A stretch of DNA of 64,000 nucleotides from Vermamoeba vermiformis (taxonomy: Eukaryota), in NCBI GenBank assembly GCA_045837725.1, contig JBEWZL010000263.1:1-64000 (forward strand). Reading direction: 5' to 3'. Below, piece by piece: positions 37,740 through 51,386 of this stretch. Each line of letters opens with the position of its first letter. Position 1 is the first letter of the stretch. Both the position numbers and the translations under genes were made by a program. The notes under the pieces are model-generated. The model saw only the letters and a list, made by a program, of their open reading frames with translations. It had not been told where the DNA came from and searched no databases.

Positions 37740-39041
37740 CTATTTCTTAGCGGCCGCAAGAAATTTAACAAAAGATTTGCTCATAATCTCGTGGCCTTCT
37801 TCATTGAGCGGATCTGTAATGCACGGCGATGTTTCGTCGAAAGTGTACCTAGCAATGACATTAGTGATCGATATTAATACTCTACTATAGCCATACTTTA
37901 AGCTCTTGTAAAAGTCCATGGCGCCAGCATTGTCTTTGAACACAGTCAACATGACCCAGCTCATCTTGTAACGGATGGCCATCAGCTCCATTAACTGTAT
38001 ATATTGTTAATATAGTGCTCTATATAATCATGACAATATGATTCACAAGTTACTTACTTGCATAATAAATTTTCCGACTCCTTTTCGGACAATTGGTTCT
38101 GTTAACTGGATCTCATAACTACATCATAAAAATGAATTGTTAGGAACACATCGATACTATAACGAGTATATTGATATGATAGCTGTATTTAGTACAAAGA
38201 TTTCCCAAGGCGTTTGACCGCTACGCAGATTTAGAAGCCACGCAGCGGGATAGGCACTTGGTTAACGCCAATTTGAATATGAATATGATTTGTATAATGT
38301 CGCTTACACATATAATACTTCAGTCCTCTTTTCGTCTTCATATACGAATCTAAAATGAACAAATCCGACTGGTTTTTTACCGCCAAACGGATCTGCCTTT
38401 TGTTCTTCATTATTTGTGTTGGTGTTGTTGTCTGTAGCTTGACCACTGACGTCGAATACTATAATATACAATGCGTCGTCTTCTTTCATTTCAGACTTCT
38501 TGCCAGAGTCGCTCCAGCCCCAATTAGCTTCGTACAGATCGAACATGTTTTTCTTGGTCAGATCGAAGCACCAGTTGAATAGTTCCTTCGACATATTCTC
38601 GCCCTTGTAGCATTCTAACACGAGGTTAACGCTGCAAAGCAAAAGTAAGTAAAATAAAATTAATTTTTTGGATGTGGATTTGGCTTACCCGTTCTTGTCG
38701 TATTTTCTGAAGGCATTGAAGTTATCTAATAAATCGTTGACCTTTTAATAATTAATATGATTATTATGAGGCCAATAATCAACATACAGCATAAGGAGCG
38801 GCGATCTTGGCCTTGGATTCTTTGGACTTCTCCAGATCCTGTTCAAATATTAGCAAAAATCTAAAAATATAATATCATCGCGATATGACGTGCCTCCTTT
38901 AATTTTTGTTTTCTATCTTGCTTACTGGCTTTTTTCTTCTCCTACAAAACAGATCGAAAATGTCAGATCCCGTTTGCTTTATTGGTTTCGGTCAATATTA
39001 CGGGTTATTGTATTATTTTGTTAATTCTTGTAACGTACCAT
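37740..39041 (-). CDS. NAA40: N-alpha-acetyltransferase 40 (NatD)
   Basis: WCFDLTKKNMFDLYEANWGW; PVGFVHFRF; YEIQL; RKKGVGKFIM; VMLTVFKDN. The first exon is ATG only, and one intron is GC-AG. Confidence 0.92.
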
Positions 39042-39209
39042 TGTGTATTGATGACTATATTGCAGGATACAGATACAATCAAAAGTAACCGTTTAAAACA
39101 CTGCGGATCGACCAGGGTCAAAAATACTTCGCTTGAACTCACCGCGCGTGCTCCTCGTTCCTGTTATAGCCACGAGCACTAACACGCCAGACACTACAAC
39201 ATATTTATA

Positions 39210-41211
39210 ATGCTCTCGACTGTTTGGCGCGTGGCAGTGAGGTCACGAGGCATCTCGAAAGCTAGATCGAGCTTGACTTCAGCAACACAAATCAATAACA
39301 ATAAGACTGAACAATGTAAATATTATAGTACCAATGCACGAACAAATACACGTGGAGTTGAAGGTATTGTTGCCGGAGAAACAAATATTACAAAAAATAT
39401 TTTTTAATTAATTATCTGACACAATTAATTTTGCAGGCAGTCTATTTTCGTGCAATAAAATAGTACAGAAAAAAATAGAATTATTTAAACCCTTCAGATC
39501 TCAAAATACATCCAAATATTTTGCATCTACAGAGGCCAAAACACGTAAGTAGCATTTCATTCTGATTATCCAATGGATATATATTAAACCCATTATTAGT
39601 ATCGGCTACAGAATACAAGCCCGTTAAATTAATCGAGACAAAACAAGTTAACTACAACACTATGATCTACACTTTTGAACTCCCGCCCAACGAATACTTG
39701 AATATGCCATTAGGCAAACACTTGACTATTAGGTACTAATCGACACCTACTATACATAGGTAGTATATTGACTTACAATCATCTTTTACAGAGCCAAAAT
39801 CGACGGTCAAAATGTCAGCCGTCCGTTCACTCCAATAACACCGCAAAATGTGCCTGGACGAATAGATTTGCTTATTAAGGTAATAAAAGACATCGTATAT
39901 GCTACGATACGATATTAATAAGCTCGCAGTTGTATCAACAAGGCAAAATGTCTCAACACATGGAAAAAATGAAGATCGGACAAACGATTGAATTGATGGG
40001 CCCTATTGGCATGTTCAATATCGACGCCAGCAAGTACAAAGAGATTGGTATGATTGCTGGTGGTTCAGGCATTACTCCCATGTTGCAGGTTTGTATAATA
40101 TTTCCTTTTATGGTAACACTTTCTTTCGCCTACTGACTCGCCTTGTAATTAATATAGGTCGTTAGAAACCTTCTCGCTGACCCGCATAACAAGTCTAAGT
40201 TGACCTTGCTATTCGCTAACAATACGGAAGAAGATATCGTCTTGAAAGATTTGCTCGACGATCTGGCTCAAAAACATAAAGACAGATTTTCAGTGCGTTA
40301 CGTCTTGGTCAAGGTAAGCTCAGGAAATCCAAATATAAAATAATTTGCATAAATTTGCGGATAAATGTCCGGTTGGGACTGTCAGTTGAAATTATCAAAA
40401 CATAAGAACGAGATCTGATCATTTTATTCTATATTTAGCCTCCGACGAGCGGCCATAACTATGAATCGGGTTTCGTTAGCGACACTATCATCAAGAAGTA
40501 CTTGCCAGGTCCTTCATCCGATACTTTGTTGTTGATCTGCGGTCCTTCAGTTATGGAGAAGTCGATCATGAGCCATTTGAGCAATTTGGGCTACCTCCGA
40601 GAGATGTACTTCACTTTTACTTATGCACAACGATCCTCTGATGAAGAGCTCCCACTCTCTACGAATAATACTCAAACGGAGAAGGGTTCTTATTATTTTA
40701 TTTCTATTCTAGACTGCATTCCTGATCTCTTTTTTAATATTGCTCAAATCCGTTAAATTATAGCCCTGCATGCCTTACCTATAGTCATCATACTAATATG
40801 AGCTTTATTTAGAATACACTCTCTCAGAGGTTGAAGATCACGATACCGAAGATGATTGTTGGATGGCTATTCACGACAATGTCTACGATGTCACTAAATT
40901 CGTCAATGAGCACCCTGGTGGTATGATTATTACGGTAAGTGGCTTATATTAGTATTATTTTAAACCGAAAGTAGTAGCCAGTACGCGATCTGGTTACGGA
41001 TCTCACTTTGAAGAATTCACTTTATAATAATTTAAACTAGACGAGTCAAAATAAAGACTTGATAATTATTTGGACCAAGTTTAATTAATTTTTATACGTT
41101 TAGGACTTCGCAGGTCGAGATGCAACAGAAGCCTTTGAAAACGAGTTCCCTCACAGCGATGAAGCGAAGAAAATGCTGGCAAAATACAAGATTGGCGTGT
41201 TAAAGAAATAA
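39210..41211 (+). CDS. NADH-cytochrome b5 reductase fused to a C-terminal cytochrome b5 domain; likely mitochondrial presequence
   Basis: [39 protein letters not shown]; then [36 protein letters not shown]...[16 protein letters not shown]. Confidence 0.85.
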
Positions 41212-41829
41212 ACAGCCATTAAGAATCACCTTCATCGTCGCTGCGTCAAGCAGATGTACCACATTTCGTAGTTTCCATATGAAAAAATGGCCACAGCTGA
41301 TTCGGTAAGGCTTTATTATTCACACATAAGCTTGACTAACATATCACCCTTCAGCTGCGTACTGTTGCCGGCGATAAGACGGAATTTGAAACAAAGCCGC
41401 GCGGGCTTTAAGTTCTAAATCCGCTCTGGGAAAAGTTTGATCAAATATGAATAGGAATAGGAAATCTATATGATAAGATACGCTTATTGTCAATATATAG
41501 GAGCAGATATTTCCCGAAAGGAAAGTTTTTCAACATTCGCCGCGAGTCAGATCGAATCTGCAATGCATGATCCAAGCGGAAACTCGTTGACACCAGTGAT
41601 GCTTATATGATTAACGGTAAGCATGAATACATCATAGTTAATAAGGCTCTAATTTAGCTTTCAAGTCTTTAAATGGCGGAAAACTCGTCAATGTCTCTAG
41701 CGTAATAATTAAATTTACAGCTAAATCCCTGGTGAGATTGCCAACATCGCATTTTTTAGCTAATCGCTGCTGTGAACCACGAGTCAGACGACCTATCAAG
41801 TTACTCGTACGACAACAGAATCTTTTTAG

Positions 41830-43838
41830 AGATTGGATCCAGATCGCGAACTACAGAAGGATGGTAAGGCATTTAAAAAGATTCTGATGGCATTAAGGTA
41901 TTATACTTAATGGTTTTGACTACAGAAATTCTTCAAAGCACTAACTAAGCTCGGCGTTCTGAGCATTTGCTTCTTGTTGGCCTGCATCGCAATTTCAATT
42001 GCTATACGCTCAATTACAGCAACAACTAATCCCCAATGTCCTGGAATAGACCGCAAAGCACTAGCTATACACGAGGGCATCATTGCTGGGTCCAGGTAAG
42101 CAATGCAATCAATAAACACTTAACTCATCCGACCGCAAAAACGCAATTAGGATTTAATTTACTGCTTCTAAAAGAAACGCTCGGAAAACTCGAAGTCTTA
42201 ATGTTATTGTAATATAGGGGTCAGTTCTTCGACGAGATCGAGGGTCACTGGTACGTCCAGACAACAAACAATTGGTTCATGCACAGCTACGCGAACTTTG
42301 AGGTCAACGTAACCAAGTCAAGTCGAGGTGCAATGTTCGAGTGGAAGTGGTTCTACTCGATGGTTTTAACTCCGTCGGGGGTCACGGACGAGATTCAGCC
42401 AGATCCGAATGGAGCAACTTTTCTATTAAATGTGATCGCCCCGGAAGTTGTTAAAAGCTTCTGCCCTGTAGACAGACCTCTTATCATCTTAGATCATAGT
42501 AAGTACTCCTATATTATTCAAATTCAAGTTTAAATTTGACCGCGAAACAGAACCAGATCAGCATCTGACTTTATTCGACTGCGGCATTGCTGGAGTGCCT
42601 GAAGGAACGTTATTTATCCTCTCTAGAAGCCCTATGCGAGACGATAAATATGTTAATAAGATTTTCGAGGATGCAAAGACACTGGGCGTGGATGTGCTCG
42701 TTCGAACAGATGTGCCTCAAGCGGATTCAGGCGTCTTCGGCTAGTAAGTCAAAAAGCAAGATATATTGCGCATTATTATATGACCGAAATCTTTTCATTA
42801 AATTACAATGGTTGGAAATTGGGCAAGTTACGGAAATTGATTTCTAAATTTACAAATCTGGATCTGATCCCTACAACTTTTAGTCTCGCCACGCTATCGA
42901 ACGAAGGCTACAAATTCTACTCGATCATGATAGTAGTCTTCTTAATATTCAGCCACATCTGCCCGACTGAGACCACGACCATCCAATCCTTCGCGTACAC
43001 GTCGTTGTGGTCGTGGAATGTTGGTGTCAAGAAATTTGATTTGCAGGTCTTATTGTTGGTGTTATATCACATCAATTGGTTCGATCAGTTGTCGCATATG
43101 ACGTTATTAGGAGACTTGCTTGCTTGGTAAGTTGATCGCGATCCAGAGCTGACCACATCTAACTTTCACTCGCGCAGGTACACTATCTTTGCATCATATG
43201 AGATTGGTCACTATATTTTACCCGTTATTCTGGCACTGCAAATCGCACAGCTGTACTCGTTCAAAGATTTCAAGTTCGGTGTGATCATGACATGTGCCTA
43301 CTTGTCGCTCATAGCTCTCGCCACCACACTCGTAAGTACCGATGTCGCAAGTAATATCTGATAGCTAATGTCGGCCTCAAAGGTACCCTATGTCTTCTAT
43401 GCCAAACTCTTCGTGCAGTGCTCAGCGGTGATACGTGTCATTGGTCACATGTGCGAGCCCATTCCTCCCGTGTTGTCCGGCAGTGAAAAGTTTGAACGGT
43501 AAATTCACTAATAACGCCTCAAACACGCCTAATACTGTCCATATAGACTGACCTCGATGAGCTTGAGACATCAGATCGTGTTGCCCATTGTCTTCTTCCT
43601 CGGCATCATCTCTGAAGGTGCGGCAGGTATCCCGTGCAGAACATTCTCGTACGCGAGCTACATTATCTTAGCGCGCCTCAAGCTGTTCAAGTCACGCGTG
43701 TTGATCGACGTCGAGGACTGCGACAAGATCTCAAAAGACATTCAGACGCACGGCTGGAAGGGCCACGAAGCACTCGCGACTGTCATGCACTGGAGCTTCA
43801 CTGACGTGTCCTCTGGCATGCAAAAGAAACTAATGTGA
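41830..43838 (+). CDS. Lipocalin-like domain + His-motif multi-pass membrane domain (Mpo1/DUF962-like); 5' end unresolved (possibly ~41287)
   Basis: IEGHWYV and LFILSRSP resemble lipocalin SCR1/SCR3. Hydrophobic exons follow with LYHINWFDQLSH and RVIGHMCEP. Confidence 0.55.
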
Positions 43839-43915
43839 ATATTTTATTATTATTATTATTATTGTGTTATTTATCTTGTAAGTAGAATGTTTTTTTTAGT
43901 GTATGAAGCTTGATT

Positions 43916-45518
43916 TTATTTCTTCGGCCGATGACGAACCACGTAAGTGTTCTGCTCCAAATTGACGAGTTTCTTTGCGAGCTCTTCTTTGACAGCCGTT
44001 GAAGTGTTCTCTGAGATGTATTGAAGGAACCGCAGTGATGTCAAGCGCGTCAGTTCTCTGCCGTCATTGGTGCTGTGCGACACGGACAAGAACGTCAATC
44101 GTGTCAGCACACTCAATGCAATCACATCGTCGTCGCGGTGCAAGTTAGTAATGGCGAGCTCCTGCAGCTTTGTCATGCGTGTCAAGCTCTGCCACAAAGT
44201 GTCATCGTAATTAGCGATGTGCAAGTCCGTGAGGTGAGCCGCGTCAAGTTGATTGAAATCCATTATATTGCCTTTCAGTGTAAGGAGTGCTAACCCACGC
44301 AGGGCTGACACGTTGTTCAAACGAGTGCACTTGCTGATCACGCACAGATGTGTCAGTCTGCTCAAAGCCTGTAAGTCCAAGGTTGCAGGGATGTTGGAGG
44401 TGCGATCGGTCAACGAGAGGTGGTGCAAGCGTGTCATAGTTGAGATGACTTCAACATTGTTGCCAGACTTGTAGGTCAACTCCAAGTATTCTAGTTTCGT
44501 CAGCGGTGCCAAGACCATCAAATCAGCATCCGTCACGAGAGCTGTGTCCAATTTACGCAAGTTTGTCAAGCGCGACAAGAGTGCTGTGTCCTCCAGATCG
44601 CAATCCTCTTTGGGCACCAACTTCAATTGTCTCACGTGGTCGGATTGAATGTACCGCAACACTTTCATCGACGGTGCTGCTGTTATGAGCACCTCTTCTA
44701 AGTGCTTGAGTGCAGTGAAGTGCGACAATTGTTCTGTGTCTTGGTTCCAACCTCCACTCAAGGACTTTAGTGTCGTCAAGCCGGACAATATCTCTAAGAA
44801 GTCATCGCTGGCACCTATCACCATTAACGAGGTCAATCTCGTTGATGACACTTTCATCGCTGGACTGATGCGCAGCTCTTCCAGATTGGGCAAATTAATC
44901 TCCATATTCACCTGCCTAACCCGCAGTACAAGAGACTTTAGATTAGTAAACTTTGCTAGATCAAATGGCTTGTTCGTATAGTACAGTAGTGAGGTTAATT
45001 TTGTGGTGCTGACCGCTGCCAGGAGTGGATCCGCAAGCACGTTACTGATGCTGAGTGACTGTAGAGTAGACAAACTATCAGGGACTAGTAAGTGCCGTCC
45101 ACCAATGACCTCTGAAAGTGATAGATGTGTCAACTGTGATTGTTGTAGCAGCCATTCAGCTGGCGCAGAGTACGCAGACAAGATGGCGCAGATTCGTTAC
45201 ACCTTCTAACGAGGGGAGCATCGAGGGATAATACAAAGTCGTTAAATGAGATAAAGAGTCCAATAGTCCGCCAATAGCGGAGAGCAAGCGGGCCTGCTCG
45301 AGTCTCAGGCTGAAAGGTCTCGTTCGCTTCATTAACGTGTCGCGCAGTTGATCAGCATTTTCTGGAGTAACAGCACAATATATAGTAATGTCGTTGTAAT
45401 TAATTGTTATTTCCCATTCTCTGCACACTGCACGAGCTAGCCTTCTTGCTCTATCTTCAATCAAATAAGACAAAATCGCTTTGATAATTTCTTTGGGAAG
45501 TGTCTGCATGAAGCGCAT
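43916..45518 (-). CDS. F-box + leucine-rich repeat protein; apparent frameshift or cryptic intron near 45181
   Basis: F-box MQTLPKEIIKAILSYL...RAVCREW, followed by repeated LxxLTxLxxLxL units. Confidence 0.8.
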
Positions 45519-45868
45519 TAATATTAACACCAATAATTATTTAAAAATAACAGCGTTCTATTCAAGATTTATTAACACTAAAAATATTGATGCAGCTAAA
45601 TCCGCCAATCATACCTCCATTTCTTGGAGCCAATAATTTACTTCAATTGGTGAGATAAGCACATATGTGTATGAGTAGTTTGCACGAGGAAAAAGAACTG
45701 CAGAAACCACCGGAAAAAGAAAAGTTTGACAGTCAAATAATTGTCAACGGGTGCATTTGGCACTAGCCATCGTTCTATGACACCGATGCTGCAGTATTCT
45801 AAGCTTTAAAGACAGAGGTTGAACGTAAGCTATGACTAGATTTAAATTTCTTTACTAGATACTCGAGT

Positions 45869-47001
45869 TTAGAAGCTAATGAGTGCAGCAAAGCACACCA
45901 ACAAAACAGCCTGGGCTAGTCCTCGTGCAACTGTGCTGGATCCGCCACTCACTTTTTTGCCAGGAGTATTAGCCGCACCCGGAGCACCAGCGCTCGGAGT
46001 TCCCTCACTACCCGGGCCAGCACTCGGTGACACAACGGCAACGCATCCACCTGGACCAACGCCATTGCCAGTGAAGCCCTCCATGCACGTGCAGGTCACG
46101 AATGGCATCTCAGCCTGTTCGGCACATGTCGCGTGTTCGTTGCAATTGGCACTCGCACTCGCGCACGTGATAGGAGTGCAGGGGGAGTCGAGAGTGCCAG
46201 CACCATCGTAGTACGGCATGCAAGTGCATTGAGCCACGCCATCGTTGTCAGTGCAATTGGCGTTCGACGAACATGGAAACGGATCCTTAATGCATGGATC
46301 GGGCACTGGAGGTGTGAGTAAGTTAATGTAAACAGTGTATATTAAAGGATCTTACATCGGCATCTGCCATCCCTCAAGCTCCTTCCTCCGGTACAAAAAG
46401 TGCCCCGAACCAGATCTGCAACCGCATAATTATTCTGAATCACGATTCTTTTAATGTTGTTGGTGAGAGATGAATTGAATCCTTTTACAGAGTAGGCATT
46501 AGCATTAGTGGCGGTGACGAAAGGGAAGTTTTCGCAGTTTAATTGTTGATCGGCAGCGTCGTAGGCAAAAACTGCAGCTTCTGCTGTCACAAAGGAGGCC
46601 ACTCGTATGGAGAATGCGGTGATTGGCTCGGAGAACGACAATTCGCAATAGGAATTTTCTTGCGGATCACCCAGACCCAAAAACTTTTGTGGGCTAGCGT
46701 CGTTGTCTGGATACCAAACCTTATTTTTGTCCCAAGTTCCAGTGCCCAAGCCATAATAAGTTGCCACTTTGCAAAGGATACCTTGCAGCGTTACAGTTAT
46801 TGAACTAACCGAGATGTTGATCGGCCCAGAAAGAACTCCCTCAGGAAGATCGTCAAAATTAATAAGAAAGTCTGTCATCGTTTCGGCATCTACTGGTGCT
46901 GGCTCATCCTTGGGTGTTGAAGGACAACCAACGTAACCGATCGCTTGGTCGACCGAGAAAACCAAAAATATAAATATGACTAGTATTTGGATCGTCTTCA
47001 T
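45869..47001 (-). CDS. Secreted/GPI-anchored protein: N-terminal beta-sandwich domain + EGF-like repeats
   Basis: Signal peptide; EGF repeats CSSNANC...CTCMPYYDG and CNEHATC...CTCMEGFTGNG; Pro/Gly/Ser linker; hydrophobic tail. Confidence 0.8.
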
Positions 47002-47175
47002 GATGCAGTCAGTTTCTATTGCTGTGATGAAGACGAAAAAATGGACAAGACTAAAAAATAGCCAACAACGGTTAAGTTTCGAAAAATTTGAGTTCTAAAA
47101 TTAGCTCTTAGCTAAACGTAGTAATCGCGAACCTCCGAACAATAAAAAGAGACTTTACTCTTCTATTAAATCTGC

Positions 47176-50100
47176 TTACAATGTGCTAGGGAAGTTAGCA
47201 ACGTTAATCATCTGCTCTTTTTGTTGTCCGTTGAGCGAGTACTCCAATCTCACCTTCATCAACAAGGGCTTTTGACCTTGTAGCGTGTTCTGTACTTGCA
47301 TTGTCTGTGTCACCTTGCTCATGTTGTTAGGAGGCAACAAAGTAGATGAGGCAGGGTTGAGGGCCAAGTTGATGTACTTGGGCACGGCCGCTTGCAACAC
47401 AAAGTTGTTAACAGGGAACGGGTTGCCGTTGGTGTAAGTGGCAGTGACGAGTGTGTCTTGAGGCGAGGACTTGGAGAAGTCGAAGGTGATGTTGATGCCA
47501 TCGCCAGTCCAGACAGGCATCGTGGGGAACTGAGGAGTGGCTGCAATTGGGGTTGGACCACCGAGACCCAAGAGACTCATCATGTCGGGCAAGGGTTGAG
47601 GTGTGGGGACGGGACCAGTGGGCATGCCAAGACCAGGGGTAGGGTTGGTGTTGACAGGGCTGCCACCAAAGATTTGACCGAGAATATCGGTGTCACTACC
47701 CACGCTCTTCGTGCCCGGGTTAGTGCCGAGGTTGGTAGAAGGTTCCAAGCCCAAAATATCAATGAGAGGATCACGAGCAACAACAGGTTGTTCTCTGTGC
47801 TCAACGACTGGTGTGCCGTCACGTCCTCCACGACGCATCTTAGTCTCACCAACAGGTTGGTTGGCTGGTGCTTCAGGGCGTTCAGGAGCAGGCATACGAT
47901 CCAAGATAGTGCCCTTGATGTCGTTCAATTCCATCAGCTGGCTGTACTCCACTGAACGTTGTTGCAACTCCAAGTTGATTGAGCCTTGGTACTTGCTGAC
48001 CAATTTGTGAAGGGCACTAAACGCACGTGTTAATTATTGTCCAAAGGTCAAATAATGCAGTACGTACTCTTGTTGAGCAGCGCTAAATCGGCTAGACAAC
48101 TTGAGCAAAGCAGTCAAGATAAACTTCTTGCTGAGAGTAGTGGTGACAGGGTTCTTCAAAACAGCGCGCATCAAGTTGACAACATCTTCTTCAGTGACCT
48201 TGATGGACTCTTCGCCGTCTTCACCGCCGCTAGGAGTGTTGGCAATTAACAAATCTCCGAACTCACCAATGCACCAAACACCCACGCGAACAAGTGCTTG
48301 CTGTGGTTAATTACACGTAAGTCTCGCGCCTAAGAAACAAGTGTCAACGCCACGTACCTGTGTTGAATCTTTAGTGAGGGCCAAGTACATCTTTTGTACG
48401 GCGTAGGCTTGGAGCTCGGGAGTGAGCGAAATGATAGAAATCATGTTCGAAGCGACTTCTTCAGGGACGTATTGCCCAGCCTAGCATACAAGTTATTAGC
48501 ACGTGATATTGTTATATTAGTATGTGCACGTACGATTGACATAATTCGAACAATGGTATCGATGTGCCATCTCTTGGTGGGTGCGTATTTCTCAGTAACG
48601 AAGCAGAGCTTTTCGGTCAAATCAGCCTTGAATTCTTGATCGGCAACCAACAAGTAGTTGAGCAATTCGCGGACCAAGACCTTCACACTCGATTCGTTCA
48701 CGAGGGCGTAAATCAACTCCAAAGCTCTCTTGCGGATAGAAATATCGGGGTCCTAAAGACATCACGTTAACGTCCAATCAGATGTAGCTAGATGTGTGCC
48801 GTACCTTCAAGCACTCGACGACTGTGTTTCTGTGTTTTTGCACTGCTTCGATGTCAATGTTGACGACCTTGTTCAAAATGTTCAAAGCGACGTAGCGAAT
48901 ATTGTTGTCGCGGTTAGCCAAAAATCTGCCCAAAATGTTGATAGCCAAGACACGCAAAGCACTCTCGGAGTCAATGGACATGATGGTGTTGACGCACTCG
49001 TACAAAATTGCGTTACCAACATTGCGCATGTTGTCAGTGTTCGTGGCAACTTGAGCGAGAATGTCATTCATAGCGTCACTAGCATCGGCGCTGCCAGTGC
49101 CCAAGATGCGCAAGAACTTCAAAATTTTGACTTGCAAGAACGGATCTGTGATGCCGCTCACGTCGTACTCGGGACTGTAACCAAATTGAACCAAGCTCTT
49201 CAAAATACGAACCAATTGTTGCACGATTTGACCCTACGCGGCCATAAGATATTTGCATAATATTGATTTATATCGAGCACTTACCTCACGGAACAAAGGA
49301 ATCAATTTGGGTTCCATGTCACACATCTGGATCATAAGGGTGACACCAGTGATCAGTACACCATGGTTCTTATCGACCAACAGTGACTTAACGCGGGGCA
49401 CAAAGTTCTCCAAAAGCTCGGGGACTTTCTTCAAAATTCTGGTGACGCTCAAAGCGGCCTAAAATGTGATCTGTAAGCCACGGAAATTTTGAACGAAAAA
49501 GCTGCGTTGAACCACGATAATATTTATGAGCATAATATTATAGAATATATTAAAATAACAATTTGCAAACAAAAAGGTGACAGTAGTAGGACGTGACATA
49601 AAAAACGGAAAATAAAAAATATTATCTGAAAAAGTTTCAATTTGCCGGCCTACGTCAGCCTTTGCGATTTAATATGACGCGTTGTATTATCTCGTAGTGT
49701 GAATACTTCAATTTAATGATATTAAAATTTACCTTCTTGCGGATGTAGGGATTTGAGCTGCTGAGGAGCTGTTCGACCAAAGGGGCACAATCGCGGGCAA
49801 TTTCGATAGAACCAATATTACCAATAGCAGCAAGTGCCAAACCGACGATATATTGATTGCTATTACGAAGATCCCTATAAATATTGAATCAAGGAGAAAA
49901 ATTTTGTTTGAAAATTGAAAATTAACCGCTATATGAAATAATATCATAAATAATTCGTATAAATACTAGGTGATGTAATATTATCAAAATTGTAAGGATA
50001 CTGCGTGAGTGAGTTTGTGACCAACATCAGCACTTCTTGGTTTTCATCCAACAACAACATCAAGCCCAAATAGCCAATACGCTTGTCAGAATATGATCCA

Positions 50101-50342
50101 GACACGATTAATTTTAAACACTCCATTTGTCCAAATTGAGTGGGATAGCCAAGCATGTTGATGTAGAGAAGCTTGGCGACGTTGCGCGGTCTTGCGTGCG
50201 GATCGTCAGCCTTGATGCTGGTACGAATAGCTGCGCACTCCTTGGCAATCACATCACGTTCCTCTGCGGCTGTTTTGCATTGTCTTACAGCCTTGATAAG
50301 ATCACGAAGGCGCATAGTGCCTGATCCGAATAAAGCCTGCAT
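47176..50342 (-). CDS. AP1G1: AP-1 complex gamma adaptin
   Basis: [60 protein letters not shown]-terminal GAE ear FVLQAAVPK. Confidence 0.97.
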
Positions 50343-50621
50343 TTTATAGTCGTATTATTAATATACTATGTGCAGGTATATATTGTGGATTATAGCCAAA
50401 TACAATAATACAAACTGAAAAAAACCGAAGCACAACGATAATTTTTTTATCAACTTTAGTTTTGCACGTTACGAAGCGAAGAAAACTCTGTGCTGGCCTT
50501 GCTTCATTTGTTCGCCCTATTTAACGCACTTCGACCACGTACCTCACTTGTTGGTCGATTAATTTCTTTAAACACTTATTCCCCCACTCAATTTCTGTAG
50601 CTATATTTTGGAACTAGAACA

Positions 50622-51386
50622 ATGAAGCTTGTTAGGTAAGGATCTTTGCTTAAATATTATAAAATAATACGGCTTATAATATTAAATATTATTTACATTT
50701 TGATACGATTAATAGAGCTGCACCGCGAGCAAAATTTTTTTTCAACGCTGGATTCTCCCATTTTTTCCAGCGATTACAATCGCGAACATATATAATCTAT
50801 AAAAATACATCATTAAATATTTATTATTATAAATAACCCATTGTTACTGATATTTTTCTTGCCAGATTCTTGATGAAACTCAACAGCGAGACTGTTATCA
50901 TTGAACTTAAGAACGGAACGATCATTAACGGCACCATCACTGGTACGTACTTTAAGCATTCTATATTTATTTACGAGCTCAAGTATCTAATTTTCTGCGA
51001 TCGTCTTTAGGTGTGGATGTGAGCATGAACACTCACTTGAAAACAGTTAAAATGACCGTCAAGGGCCGCCCTGCTGTTCACCTCGAGAGCTTGAGCGTCA
51101 GAGGCAACAACATTCGTTATTACATCTTGCCGGACACACTCAATTTGGACACTTTGCTCGTTGATGACACACCTCGCCCCAAGTCCAAGGGTGTCAAGAG
51201 AGACAGTAAGTAGCGGCTTTTTATACTTAATTGCGCATATATACTACACTATGACCATTGATAGATTAACCGTGCAAATACTAACTTAATTATGAAGCTG
51301 GTGCTGCTCGTGGAGGCCCCCGCGGAGGAGGTCGAGGCGGTCGTGGCGGCCGTGGTGGTCGCGGTGGTCCCCCAAACAGACGATAA
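50622..51386 (+). CDS. SNRPD1: Small nuclear ribonucleoprotein Sm D1
   Basis: MKLVRFLMKL...IELKNGT...[11 protein letters not shown]...[27 protein letters not shown], with a C-terminal RGG tail. Confidence 0.96.

Noticed and set aside
47392-49260. Long plus-strand ORFs antisense to gamma adaptin (similar ones at 59165-59635 and 63295-63990)
   Set aside because: Shadow ORFs caused by the biased codon usage of the real genes; they contain no recognisable motifs.
50636-50865. Intronic snoRNA in unusually long introns (also 49460-49731 and 26886-27143)
   Set aside because: No convincing C/D or H/ACA box pair with terminal stems was seen; an Infernal/Rfam scan would be needed.
51300-51370. GGY-rich repeat (also 8640-8720)
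   Set aside because: Encodes the ordinary RGG tails of SmD1 and Ars2.
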